DNA from: the human T2T-CHM13v2.0 reference genome, Homo sapiens
Assembly: GCF_009914755.1 (NCBI RefSeq)
Contig: NC_060925.1
Length of the DNA: 64,000 nucleotides
Direction: 5' to 3' (one strand)
Position numbers and translations under genes: made by a program. Below the pieces are notes generated by a model. That model was not told the origin of the DNA and did not search any database. It saw nothing but the letters and a program-made list of their open reading frames with translations. This document shows positions 14,561 to 30,077 of the stretch, piece after piece (position 1 is the stretch's first letter; each line of letters opens with the position of its first letter).

Positions 14561-17039
14561 TAATGTCCTGCCTTTAAATTTATATGATACATATATATTT
14601 AGAGAGAGAGAGAGATGCATACATCTATCTCTGGATGTATTGTGTACATCTATTTCTGGAAAGATACAAATTAAATTCTTAAGCAAGAAAATGGATGGCT
14701 GGGGAGTAAACAGTGTGGGGGAGAATTTTAACTTTTCAAATTATCCTTTTGTGTATATGACCTTTTCAAAATGTGTATTTTATTTCATTTTATTTAAAGA
14801 TATGTATATAAAAATAACTAAGAGAACACACATACAAGTTTTTCTAGGTTACTTCTACGTGGAAAACATTTAAAAATATGGAGGCAACTGATCAAGAGAA
14901 TAATTAACAGCTAAGAGAATATTAACTTTGCTTTCAAAAGTAGGGTTAGAATCCATCTAAGTAGGAAAAATAAAGTTTTCAGTACCAAAGTTAATATGAA
15001 GGAGAATCAATATTCTGTATAAATGGAAGCTGTGGCTCAAAACCATAATTTGTCAATATTTTTTCAAGATGTTTAATTTGAAATCTTTGCATTAGGCTGG
15101 GGGCTTTTATTTAAAAAAAAAAAGATATTCTTACGTTATTACAGAAAACCAGTTTGTCCAAGATAATTTTCAGGTAAGGAAATACCCCTGAAAGGGATAC
15201 TTACTGGAAACTTTCACTCATTGAACCCTCACCTTTATCAAGTGACATTGTAAAAGATTAGGAAGACTTCAAATGACCCTGTGATTAAGTAGCAACCACA
15301 AATAATACTTCACATTTATATGGCACATTATAGTTTTCAAAGTACTTCACATTCACCAGTGCCTTCAGGATAACAAAGACGACCCTATAGGGTAACAACA
15401 ACATCCATACATTCAGGAAGGGCACATCGTAATGCAGATTCTATGTCTTTGGGCACTGAAAATTCTTACAGAGAATAAGTGATAACCATGAGGTTAGATA
15501 AAGCAGCAACGGGAATGGATTCAAACAGAGCAGTCATAGCTGGTATGTTCCGCATTCACATATAAGAGAAGAAAAGGTCAGATAAGTTAATTTAAGAGTG
15601 CTTTAGAAATGTCAGAAAATATTTTAAAATACTGCAGAAAAAACAGAGATTATTTCATGAAAGAAACCGGAACTACACAGATTGTGCTAAATTAACATAC
15701 GCTTCATGCATTAACAAAATAAATGATTGGATTTATTTAGTCTTTCTCTTCTGAGAATTTCAAAAGAGCTGTTCAATTTTATCATCTCATTACTTCTCAT
15801 TGTAGTCATTATATAGTATTCTTAAAGGGGTATGTTAATATTAGTCTAATTTTATATGTGGATGAAAAATTTGGAGAATTGAATAAAATCTCAAGGTCTC
15901 TAAAATGGTCAGTGGTGTAAGTTCAGCTTTTAATGAATGTCGCAGTCCACTTTGAGGGAGTTACACCTCCCAAAAATAGACCTGATATACAGAAAACCAT
16001 CATTTTCATAGAACAAATAAGATATAAGTCACTACAGAGTAAATTTGCGCAGGGAAAGAAAGTTAACTCACAAAAACAGGTAGTATGACCAACTTTTGGC
16101 ATTTAAAAAACAAACAAAGCAAGTATAAACCAATTTCTCTATGATTTATTCTCTGTGACCTTAGAAGGATGACTAACCTTTTTTAAAAAAAAAAATCTTT
16201 GTCCTCTGTGTCCTTTGTTTAATATTTCTAGCAGGTTGTGAAGAATTAGTCATTATGTTTGAAAAGAGTCCAATGAATTGTAAATACAATAAAACCAATT
16301 TTCATCAGACAAATGTGCAAAAATGGCAACTCAGGGTAAATGGCAGCCTTCCTATCTCAGGTCCAAGGTCATGAGCTTGATAGTTTACTTCAGAAAGGAT
16401 ATCTTCCAGGGTTTACAAAAGATCTGGGCTTTCTGGAACCACTCAGGTTTTTACATTGTTGCATTATTGAATGAAGTAGCTCATTGTCCATTTCAGCGGC
16501 CCTTGCTATAATCTGTAACTTTAAGCATGAACAGGCAGGGCTCCAGTCCTGTCCACTGATTAAAGTTACAAAAATTCTAAAAATCACAATTACTCTGTCT
16601 AAAGCTGAAAGGTAGCTGAAGCTATGAGAATAAAGAGTAACCTAACACAGGCTGAATTCAAAGCTTTGACACTAACAACAGATGCCAATAAATGTTAACT
16701 TATTACTGTTACCGTATCATCACCACCATCAGCATTGTTGTCATTATTCTTACTTGTTTAACTGCACTTTTTTTCACTTGTTTGTTTGTTTTAACCTGTC
16801 ACTAAACTGAAGCTCAAGACCCCACATCTTTAAATGCATGAAAATGAACCAGAGAAGCAGAGTCAAGAGAAAAAGGCTAATTTACAAGCTCACAAGACCT
16901 TCAAAAAGAACTTCATGCTATTTTTTACTAACACCTCCTTCATTTATAATTACTCAGCTGTCATACTGACATAATGAACTGGGCCTTCAGATAATGTGAA
17001 AGTCGAAACACTCCCTTGTAGTATTTGTTCACTTAAACT

Positions 17040-17375
17040 TTCTCCAGATAATTGCTTGCCAAACCCCTCCTGTCCCTCAAGTCTTTGCTCAAATCTTATC
17101 TTCTCAATGAGGCTACTCTGTCCTCCCTACTGAATACCAGGTTAACCCCCTCCCCATTCCTGACTCATCTTACCCATCTTTTCTTACACTCCTCTTAATG
17201 TTTATAAAGAAATTATCAAATCTAACATACTACATAATTTACTTATTCATCCTGTCTATTTTTCATCTGATCCTGCTAAAATATAAGCTCCATGGTAACA
17301 GGCAACTTTGTTTTATTCACCATTATATTCCAAATAACTAGAATTAATGCTTGACGTTCACAAAAATAGGTATCA
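17040..17375 (+). mobile_element. L2 3' fragment
   Basis: tcaagtctttgctcaaatcttatcttctcaatgaggct...ctaaaatataagctccatg. Confidence 0.65.
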
Positions 17376-17499
17376 AATGATGAAACTAATCTTTCTGTAT
17401 ATTCTGTCCAATCTGTTACAAACCAAGTGAATATTCTTATTACTTGGATTTATTGCAGCATTGTTCATGATGAGTAAGTCAGAATACTGGTGACAACAG

Positions 17500-17961
<462 letters not shown>

Positions 17962-18119
17962 CTATCCTAAGGAAAATGTTTAAATTTTTTTGGCACAGTG
18001 AAATTGATCTTTGGTGTAGGAAAATATACTAAATGAGGGGCGGGGGGAGAAGGGATAAATATGCCTTCTATTGAATTTTCTGTTTCAATAAGTCCTTCAT
18101 AAACAATACCTAATATTAA

Positions 18120-18300
18120 AATAACAGCTAATATGTATTAGCACTAGTTAAATGCTATGCTTTAATGCATTAGCTCAATGAATCCTCAAAACAACACCAC
18201 AGGGCAGATACTATTATTCCACCATTTTACAAAGGGGAATAAAGACGAGGTTTCAAGTAACAAAGGCGAAGCCAAGATTGGAGTCCATGTCTTCCTGCAT
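18120..18300 (-). mobile_element. MIR
   Basis: aatcctcaaaacaacacc...ctattattcccaccattttacaaaggggaa. Confidence 0.65.
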
Positions 18301-18917
18301 ATGCTTGCTGTTAATCGCAGTGTTATATTCCCTTGTATTGCTCAGCAACTGATGGTGGGTTACACCAAATTATACCACCCAGGTAAAACACACACACATA
18401 CACACTTGCCCTATCTCCCAAGTGTAATCCAAGGTAAGTATGACAGCTGGCATTTCCAAAGTTTCAGGATACCAATCCAGATGCTTTTTGTCTCAAGAAG
18501 TTTGGCACGGGGCCTGATATGGGCAATCCTATTGAGCTACTAATAATCTCTAAAATTGTGTGTTTTACCTCTAGAAATGGAAAGGTTTGGGGAAAAATAA
18601 CTAAAAGTTGGGGGAAACATTTTATATCCCAGAAAGTTTTCCATTTTTTAAAGAATTCACATACAGTTTTTGAGGGACTATTTTTCCTCACCCCTCCCTT
18701 TAACCGCTGCAGTTTTTCATCTCTCCTCATATCCAGATATCTCAGACCATTTTTAAGGTCTTTCTATTCATATTTCCTTTCTCAGCTCCTTCCAAGAAAA
18801 TATCCTTTTCTCTAGTTGAGTGACCTCAATGGCTGGTGAACCCATAATCATTGTTCTGTGTCTCTATGAATAGTTTCTTCCTCCATCTCCTCATGATTGC
18901 ATCACTCCCCCACCATC

Positions 18918-19243
18918 TTTTTCTTTTTCTTTTTCTTTTTTTTTTTTTTTTTTTTTTGAGACAGAGTCTCACTCTTGTTCAGGCTGGAGTGCGGTAATGC
19001 AATCTCAGCTCACTGCAACCTCCGCCCCCGCCCAGGTTCAAGTGATTCTCCTGCTTCATCCTCCTGAGCATCTGAGATTACAGGTGTCTGCCATCATGCC
19101 TGGCTAAGTTTTGTATTTTTAGTAGAGATGGGGTTTCACCATGTTGACCAGGCTGGTCTCAAACTCCCGACCTGAAGTGATGATCTGTCCACCTCAGCCT
19201 CCCAAAGTGCTGGGATTACAGGCGTGAGCCACTGCGCCCAGCC
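18918..19243 (-). mobile_element. AluS
   Basis: Poly-T plus antisense dimer. Confidence 0.95.
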
Positions 19244-20494
19244 ATTCCCATCCCTTTTCACTTACCTAATCCTACCCACCCAGAAGTCCCCACTTACGTT
19301 TCATCTGCAAGACTCTCTCATACTGAGGGTGACCAGCCACCCCAAGACTTCAGCACTGAATGTCCTGTGACCAGGAATCCAGGACATTTGTCCACCTCAC
19401 ACAACCCTCCTCACTGATACCCACCATCTTTCAGCTGCTCCACAACTCCATCCACTCCACAAAGCCTGTCCCTCTCTCGGGTTGCTATCTCCTTATACTG
19501 GTTTATCTTGACTCTGTAAGACCCTCGATGGCAAGGACAACTCTGGATTAATGCCCACCATCTCCACTTCCTCATCCCTCATTTTTTCACTGTAAACCAC
19601 ACCCCCCCATGGTTTTGAACTACTGAAGCTGAATTTGTAAACGTCAGAGGTTTCTTCACCACCAATTCCCGTGGCAACTTTTTCCTCTTCTTCCTCTCTA
19701 GGGTCATGACTGCTCCCGCAGGTAGATTAGATCTCCTATGAAAGGGATTATCTTTTCTGGTATTAGCTACTGAGGCTCCTTTCAGACAGGAAACTGAAGT
19801 CAAAGCAGGTGCAAGAGAGAGGAAAAGCATAATCACGCTCTGAGCTTATGGTCCTCAGGTCTAAGTGGAAGCCCAAGAGAGAAAGCCAGGTGTTCTGGGT
19901 TAATGTGAGGGCTGAATTCCATTTCGTAGTCTCATTTGCCTTTAGTAACATCTTTCTTAAATGACCCAGCTTTGTCTGTACTGCCCGTGTTATCACAAGG
20001 TTTTGAACAAAGGGTCTTATGCCCTCACTTGAACAAGTGCTTTATCGGCAGAGTTTATTTCCCTTTGTGGACAATTCTCAAATTTTTTTGATCTCAGGAT
20101 CTCTTAATGTGCTTAAAAATTATTAAAAACCTCAAAGAGTTTTTGTGTATGTGCTTCATAACTATCAATCACTTCTGTATTGGAAATTAAAACAGAGACA
20201 TCTAAAATATTTATTTATAGCTTTATTTTAAAGATAACATTAATAATTCCATTACATGGTAACATTAAATACATTTTTAGAAATAATTCATTTTCCCCAA
20301 ACTAAAACATATAGGTAAGTTGACTGGTATTGTTTCATATGTTTATAAATTTCTTTTATGCCTGGGTTAATAGAAGACAGCTGCATTGTCTTATATGTTT
20401 CTGCATTCAACGTGTTGCAATATATTGTCCTGGCTGAAGTATATGGAGAAATTCTAGCCTCATAAAGATATGTATTTGCAAAAGGCAAAGCATT

Positions 20495-20920
20495 TTTTTA
20501 ACTTTTTGTTTGGATGGAGTTGTAGATTTACATGCAATTGTAAGAAATAATACAGAGGAATCCTAAAACCTTTCACCTGATTTTCTCCAATGGAATTATG
20601 CATAATTATTATGCAATAATTATGCAATAATCATGCATAATTACCATACAATATCACAACTAAGAAGTCAACATTGATAAAATCCAATGACTTTATTCAG
20701 ATTTCACCAGTCCTACATACATTCGTGTGTGTGTGTGTGTGTGTGTATATTTAGTTCTATGTGATTTTATCACATATGCAGATTTATGTAACCATCATCA
20801 CAGTCAAGACACAGTACAGTTCCATCCCACAGGTCTCTCATGCTACTGTTTTTATACTTGTTCCTTTCCTCCCTTTCTCCTTCCTCACCTCTCTAACTCT
20901 TGATAACCACTAATCTTTTC
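20495..20920 (-). mobile_element. L1MC-like 3' end nested in Charlie1a, containing (TG)n
   Basis: tagatttacatgcaattgtaagaaataatacagag...acaatatcacaactaagaagtcaacattgata. Confidence 0.7.
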
Positions 20921-21380
20921 TAAGGCAGATGTATCTTTAACAGCCTTTTCAGGTAACCATGGATATTCTTTGATACCATAAAAAAGTAGTAGTCGCTTAA
21001 AGATTAGTTGCAGTGTGGAATGTGAAACCATTGTTAATGAACTTTTCTTTAATACACTTTGAATGGATCTTTTTGCATACTTTGGAGATACCAAAATGAC
21101 ATTGGTCGTTTGGAACATATTGGTTCTCTGAGCTATTTAGATTTTCCAAATGTTGCCACATCTCATTACCCAATATCAAAAATCTCATTAATTGATATCA
21201 CTACCAATCTTATCAGGAAAGTCTTGTAAGTATTTGAAAAGTTGTTGAGCTCATATTAGCAGCTAAAAGCTTTCTAAAATCCTGGTTGTTGCTTGGAAGC
21301 TCAAATTTTAACACTGGTAACAAATACTGCCAGTGGTTTTCCACGGAATAAGAGATTCACTTTGTTCATTTTCAAGAAAA

Positions 21381-21387
<7 letters not shown>

Positions 21388-21411
<24 letters not shown>

Positions 21412-21539
21412 TTGAGATGGAGTCTCGCTCTGTCGCCAGGCTGGATGCAGTGGTGCGATCTCTGCTCACTGCAAGCTCCGCCTCCGGGGTTCACGCCATT
21501 CTCCTGCCTCAGCCTCCCGAGTAGCTGGAACTATAGGTG
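21388..21539 (-). mobile_element. AluY, 5'-truncated (right monomer only) with TSD
   Basis: Y-diagnostic gcaagctccgcc/cacgccattctcc; TSD aaatgtcttctt on both sides. Confidence 0.92.
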
Positions 21540-21604
21540 AAATGTCTTCTTAATATCCAAGTCTGAATAATTATAATTTGTCTATCAATCATTCTTTCAA
21601 GTAA

Positions 21605-22129
<525 letters not shown>

Positions 22130-23434
22130 TGAACCTGGCATTTTTCTTGTACTGCATGTGCATGACACTGAAGAATACTACAGTTTGAAGCCACTACCTT
22201 GGTTTGTGCAACTCATCCTTGCTTTTTGCATCATCAGTGCAAATGTCAACAGAGTGAATAAAAGCAAATAACATTTTCCTAGAATTAGGAAAACAGTTTT
22301 GACCTTGTAGACCCCCTGAAAAGATCTCAGGGGTCTCTCAGGGGCCTCGGATCACACTAAGAACTGCTGAGCTAAGATAATAAGCGAAGCAGTAATTAGT
22401 TAAAGATTCCCAAACAGAAGGTGGTTCGTAAGGGTTGATTCTTCTTTCAAGACCAGCATTGGAGAATCCAAATACATATATAAAAGAGCAACCCCATACA
22501 GCCATTCCTTCTTTCCTGGACACTAACTTTTTGTCCTCTTTGTCTAATTCTTTTAAACTCTTTCCTTTTCTCATTCTTGCCACCATCTGTTTAAATATAC
22601 ATTTGCCACCCGATTTCTGTCTTAGCTCTCTGTTCTTGTGTTGCGATATATGTCCTTGGTGGATTGTGCTGGACTCGAAAGAGCAGATGTGGTTACAGTA
22701 CATGCCTATGAGTAGGGCACGACACCAATGCTTTTCTCCAAATGCCAGATTTGGGGGGTTAAAAATAGCACCGAAGCAACAAATGATACATTTTAGGATA
22801 ATCAAGCACAAGACAGACTCTCATCTGGGACAGTTTCCTGCTCAGAGGTACCAGATGGGGAACAGGTCCCAGAGAATCACACTGGTCGGTGATCAAGGAG
22901 GAGGAATCTGAGTTGTGGTGTGGAGGGTTACAGACACTTGGCACTCCTCTTAGTACCAGGCGTTCGACTCAAGAGAGGGGTAAAGTCTACCTAACCTAGA
23001 AGATTCTGCAGACTGGATTCCTCTGGAACGTGATGAGATTTGTTTTGGCAGGCAGCAGAAGGGCAGAGCACAGAGTCAGCCAGCATGAATGAAACGGATA
23101 TAGTTTCAGATGGACGTTCTAAGTCAAAGGCACCCCCACCCTGCCCCAGCACTTCCCCACCCTTGATCTCTGCATGACCCAAGAGCGAAGTTTGCTTCAG
23201 TACCTGACATGCTGCTTAGGACACTTCTTCCAAAATACGATTTCCTCTACCCTTCTTCGTCTTTCTGAGTTCCTGGTTCTCTCCCGTTCCATCTTTATAA
23301 TCAGTTGCCTCAGAGCAACACAATAAATTACCTTTTCTCTAAAACAATATTCCAGGTCATTTCATATCATTAATATCCACCTAGTTGCCCAAGCTCAAAG
23401 CCTGGGAAGAAGTATCTTGAACACTTCCCATAAA

Positions 23435-23700
23435 CATCCACAATTCTAAAACCCAAGAAGCTCTGAAAATAAAAACCTGTTTTTGGAAGGTGGCACCAGA
23501 ACTCATTTGGCATCAAAACTTGACTTGAAATGACATAAGGCTGTTTGTGGTGTTGATTTATCCCACTTGCTGAGAATAGTCTTACATTTTAGGACAGAAA
23601 TATTAATGTGTTTGATTATAGGGTGCTGCCTCATACCCCACTGGGGAAAGTGTTAATGTTTTTTTGTGTACTATCATACTAAAGTCCCCCAAATTCTAAA
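23435..23700 (+). mobile_element. MER96B-like DNA transposon fragment
   Basis: aactcatttggcatcaaaacttgacttgaa...tttatcccactt...cagaaatattaatgtgtttgattatagggtgctgcc. Confidence 0.7.
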
Positions 23701-24807
23701 ATCATCAGATGCTCAAGTCCCATATGTAAACTGGTATAGTATTTTCATATAACCTATGCACATCCTCCTGTATACAGGCATGCTTCAAATTATCGTGGTT
23801 TGCAGATACTGCATTTTTTACAAATTGAAGGTGTGTGGCAACACTCCAAGAGCAAGTCTCTTGGTGCCATCTTTTCCAACAGCATTTGCTCACTTTGTGT
23901 CTCTGTATCACATTTGGCAATTATCACAATATTTCATACTATTTCATTACTATGATATGTATTATGGTGATCTGTGATCAGTGATCTTTGATGTTACTAA
24001 TTGTCATTGTTTTGGAGCACCACAAACCACACCTATATCAGACAGTGGACTTAATAAATGTGATAAATGGCTGGCTCCACTGACTGGCTATTCCCTGTCC
24101 CTTTCCCTTCTCCTCAGGCCTCCCTATTCTGAGACAGGACAATATTGAAATTAGGCCAATTAATAACTCTACAATGACCTCTAGGTGTTCAAGTGAAAGG
24201 AAAAGTCATACCTATCTCACTTTAAAGCAAAAGCTAGAAATGATTAAGCTTAGTGAGGAAGGCACGTGAAAAGCCAAGATAGGCTGAAAGCTAAGCCTCT
24301 TGCACCAGTTGCCCAAGTCATGAATGCAAAAGTTCTTGAAGGAAATTAAAAGTGCTACTCCAATAAACACATGAATGATAAGAAAGACAAACAAGCTTAT
24401 TGCTGATATGAAGAAAATTTTAGCAGTCTGGATAAAAGATCAAGCCAGCTACAACATTCCCTTAAGCCAAAGCCTAATCCAAAGCAAGGCCTTAACTCTC
24501 TTCAATTCTAGAAAGGCTGAGAGAGGTGAGAAAGTTAGAAAGCTAGTAGAGGTTGGCTTATGAGGTTTAAGGAAAGAAGTCATCTCAACGTAAAAGTGCA
24601 CGGTGAAGCAGCAAGTGCTAATGTAGAAGCTGCAACTAGTTATCCAGAACATCTAGCTAAGATAATTGATGAAGGTGGATACACTAAACAATAGATTTTC
24701 AATGTAGACAAAACAGTCTTCTATTGGAAGAAGATGCCATCTAGGACTTTCATAACTAGAGAGAAGTCCAGACCCGGCTTTAAAGGACAGGCTGACTCTC
24801 TTGTTAA

Positions 24808-25269
<462 letters not shown>

Positions 25270-25750
25270 TGAATATTTTAAGCCCACTGTTAAGAGCTAT
25301 TGCTCAGAAAAAAATGATTCTTTTCAAAATATTACTACTCATTGACAATGTATCTGGTCACCCAAGAGCTCTGCTAGAGATGCACGAGGAGATAAATGTT
25401 GTTTCCATGCCTGCTAACACAACACCCGTTCAGTAACCCATGGATTACAAAGTCACTTTGACTTTTAAGTCTTATTATTTAAGAAATACATTTTGTAAGG
25501 CCATAGGTGCCAAAGATAGCAATTGCTCTGCTATGAGATATGGGCAAGGTAAATAGGATTCACCATTCTAGATGCCATTAAAAACACTCATAATTCATGG
25601 GAGGAGATCAAAATATCAACATTAACAGGAGTTTGGAAGAAGTTGATTCTAACCCTCGTGAATGACTGAGAAGTTCACGACTTCAGAGGAGAAAGGAACT
25701 GCAGATGTGGTGAAAATAGCAAGCGAACTGGAATTAGACGTGGAGACTGA

Positions 25751-26003
25751 GGCCAGGCACGATAGCTCACACCTGTAATCCCAGCACTTTGGGAGGCCGA
25801 GGGGGGCGGATCACGAGGTCAGGAGATCGAGACCATCCTGGCTAACACAGTGAAACCCTGTCTCTACTAAAAATACAAAAAAAAAAAAAAAAACCAAAAA
25901 AAATTAGCTGGGCGTGGTGGTGGGCACCTGTAGTCCCAGCTACTCGGGAGGCTGAGGCAGGAGAATGCCGCGAACCCAGGAGGCGGAGCTTGCATGAGCC
26001 GAG
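25751..26003 (+). mobile_element. AluY inside Tigger1, 3'-truncated and tailless, with TSD
   Basis: Y-diagnostic gatcacgaggtcaggagatcgagaccatcctggctaacac; ends at gagccgag; TSD aga(c/a)gtggagactga. Confidence 0.92.
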
Positions 26004-26839
26004 AAGTGGAGACTGAGAATGTGACTGAATTGCTACAATCTCATGATCAAACTTGAACAGATGAGGAGCGGAGTTGCTTCTTATGGAGAGGCAAAAAAAG
26101 TAGTTTCTTGAGATGGAATCTACTCCCAGAGGAGATGCTATGAACATTTTGAAACGACAAAAAGGATTTTGAATATCACAAACTCGGTTGGTAAAATAGC
26201 AGCAGGGTGGGAGAAGGATCACTCCAATTTTGAAAGTAGTTCTATTGTTGTTAAAATGGTATCAAACAGCTTCCCATGCTACAGAGAAGTCTTTCGTGAA
26301 AGGTAAAGTCAATCCATGTGACAAACTTCATAGTTGCCTTAAGAATTTGCCATAGCCACTCCAACTTTTAGCAACCACTGCCTTGATCAGTCAGCAGCTA
26401 TCAACATAGAGGCAAGACCTCTGCCAGCTAAAAGATTATGACTTGCTGAAGGTTCAGATGATCATTAGCACATTTTACCTATAAAGTACTTAAAATTAAG
26501 GTATAAACATTCTTTAGACACAATGCTATTGCACACTTTATACGCTACAGTATACTGGAAACATAACTTGTATATACATGCACTGGGAAATCAAAAAATT
26601 CATGTCACTTGCTTTATTGCAGTGATCTGGAACCATGCTTGCAGTATCTCCAAAGTATGCCCATACTTTAAATAGTTAGATTACTTATAATACCTAATAT
26701 AATGTAAATGCTCTGTAAATAGTTGTTATGCTGTATTTTATTTGTATTATTTGTATTGTTATTTTTTGGGTTTTTAAAAAACATTTTTGACCAGCTGTTG
26801 GTTGATTCTGTGGATGCAGAAGACCCACTGTAAAACTAT

Positions 26840-26985
26840 TAACTCATTTAGTCTTCCTAAAAACCCTATAAAGTAGGTACTATTTATTATATTCCCATTT
26901 TATAGATGAGAAAACTGAGTCATAGAGAAATAAAGAAACTTGCTCAAGGTCACACAGCCAATAAATAGTTTGATCTGAGAGACAA
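26840..26985 (-). mobile_element. MIR
   Basis: cccattttatagatgagaaaactgagtcatagaga...acttgctcaaggtcacacagc. Confidence 0.8.
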
Positions 26986-28162
26986 AGAAAACTGAAAAGA
27001 CAATAAATTTATCTTTATGTAACTCAGAATGTTACTGTATGTCCTATCCTCATAATATCTAAAATTGTCCCTTCTGTTATTGGAAGTACAGGATCCACAC
27101 GTTAGGAAATTCTGGCCTACTACAGGATAATCTAATATTTTAGAATTTTAATAACTAAACTCTTCTATCTTTTTAGCCTCATCACCTGCCACAGTAACCT
27201 ACCAACGTCTGGCACCCAGCCATTGCCAATGCTTCCTAAACCCAAACCTGTGGGTTTCCAGGGAGACTGGGGCATTTTCCATCTGAGTAGACAGTAAAAA
27301 TAAGCAAAGGATTTACCATCATGGAGCTTCTGGGACTATACCGACCACGGGTCACTCTGCGCTGCGATCTGTAACCTAGTCAGTTCTGAGATGCACGGTG
27401 GCTCAAACGCACTTAGCATGGTGACTTGCCACTCGCACTGGCCCAGGTCTGGCACCGCGCTACAATTTCTTCTGTAGCCCGTTCTGAGATTCTGTCACTC
27501 TCCCTGAACTGCAACTCTCTCTCTCCCCGCCACACCCTAAAGCCCCACATCTTCTCAACCCTCTCCCACCGCTTCTTGGAGAAGCGTCCCCTCCCTCAGT
27601 CTTACCTTTGGCTTAATTTAAACTCTCCCGAAAATTTATAGCGGATGACGGCCGATCCCGCCTCCCAGACCATGTGGGCGCGGCTCACCATTGCTCCGGA
27701 GCACCTGCGGCGGGGGCGGGGTGGGACCAGCCAGGCGGGCCCAGGGGGCGGGCCCGGCCCAAGGTGGTGGGGGACGGGCCCGGGCGCCAGGGGCGGGACG
27801 AGGCTCTGGGGACTGGCACAGAAAAGGGAAGTGAACCTGGCGAGGGCGGGGCGGGATGGTGCAGTTGGTGGGGAAGGGTGGGGCGAACCTAGGAAGGCGG
27901 GCCCATAGGGCGGGCGCAGACTGGGCGCCCGGGACGGGTCAAGGAGGGCGGAATGAACCTGGAGAGGGCGGGGCGGCTGGGGGAGGGGCGGGAAGGCCCT
28001 GGGGACTGGCCTAGGGGGCGGGCCCGGGGGGGTGGGGGGCGGTGCGGAATGGAGCCGGAGGGGGCGGGGCGGCCCTGGCGCGGCTAGGGTGGGGTGGGGC
28101 GTCCCAGGCTCTGGCTAAGGAGCGCGCGGCGGGCGGGCCGGCCGCAGGGCCTGGGCACGACC

Positions 28163-28264
28163 ATGGTGGGACGTCGCCCGCGGCTTCGGGGACCGCTGCG
28201 GCAGCAGAGGCGGCTGGCCAGGAACGCGGGCCGAGGCTGGACCCTTTGGGCAGCTAGCCCGTGA
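28163..28264 (+). other. Upstream ORF 1 (33 aa, MVGRRPRLRGPLRQQRRLARNAGRGWTLWAASP), same frame as the main CDS
   Basis: gaccATGG context; TGA at 28262-28264. Inclusion in the mRNA depends on TSS position. Confidence 0.55.
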
Positions 28265-29278
<1,014 letters not shown>

Positions 29279-29666
29279 TAGTACCAGATGGAAAGAGGTG
29301 GGAGTCAGCCTTAGGGCGCCAGCAGCAACTCATGCCCAGGCCTTCAGGGCTCGGAAGTCCAGCTAGTCCTTGGTTACTTGCTTTGGGGCTGGTGACACGC
29401 TTAACCTTGACTTGCCTTTGGGTGCTTTTTAAAAAAGTTCAGACCAGACTTGCTTGTAGAGGAAACATTTGTAAAATACCTGGATCTCCTAGAAACCTCA
29501 GGGGGCAGTCTGGCCTTTCAATACCAGAGGTGATTCATCTGGGTAGGACTTTGCAAACCGAGGCCTTCTGCAGATTATATGGAACCCATGACCGTCTTCA
29601 CCCGGTGGCCTTCATCAAAGTCCCCGAATGCACTCGGGGACGTCAACTTTACAAGTGCTGTATTGA

Positions 29667-30077
<411 letters not shown>

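Noticed and set aside
22338-22911. Overlapping 157/158-aa ORFs on opposite strands
   Set aside because: No recognisable domain or exon structure; the + ORF begins at a non-ATG codon; likely chance.
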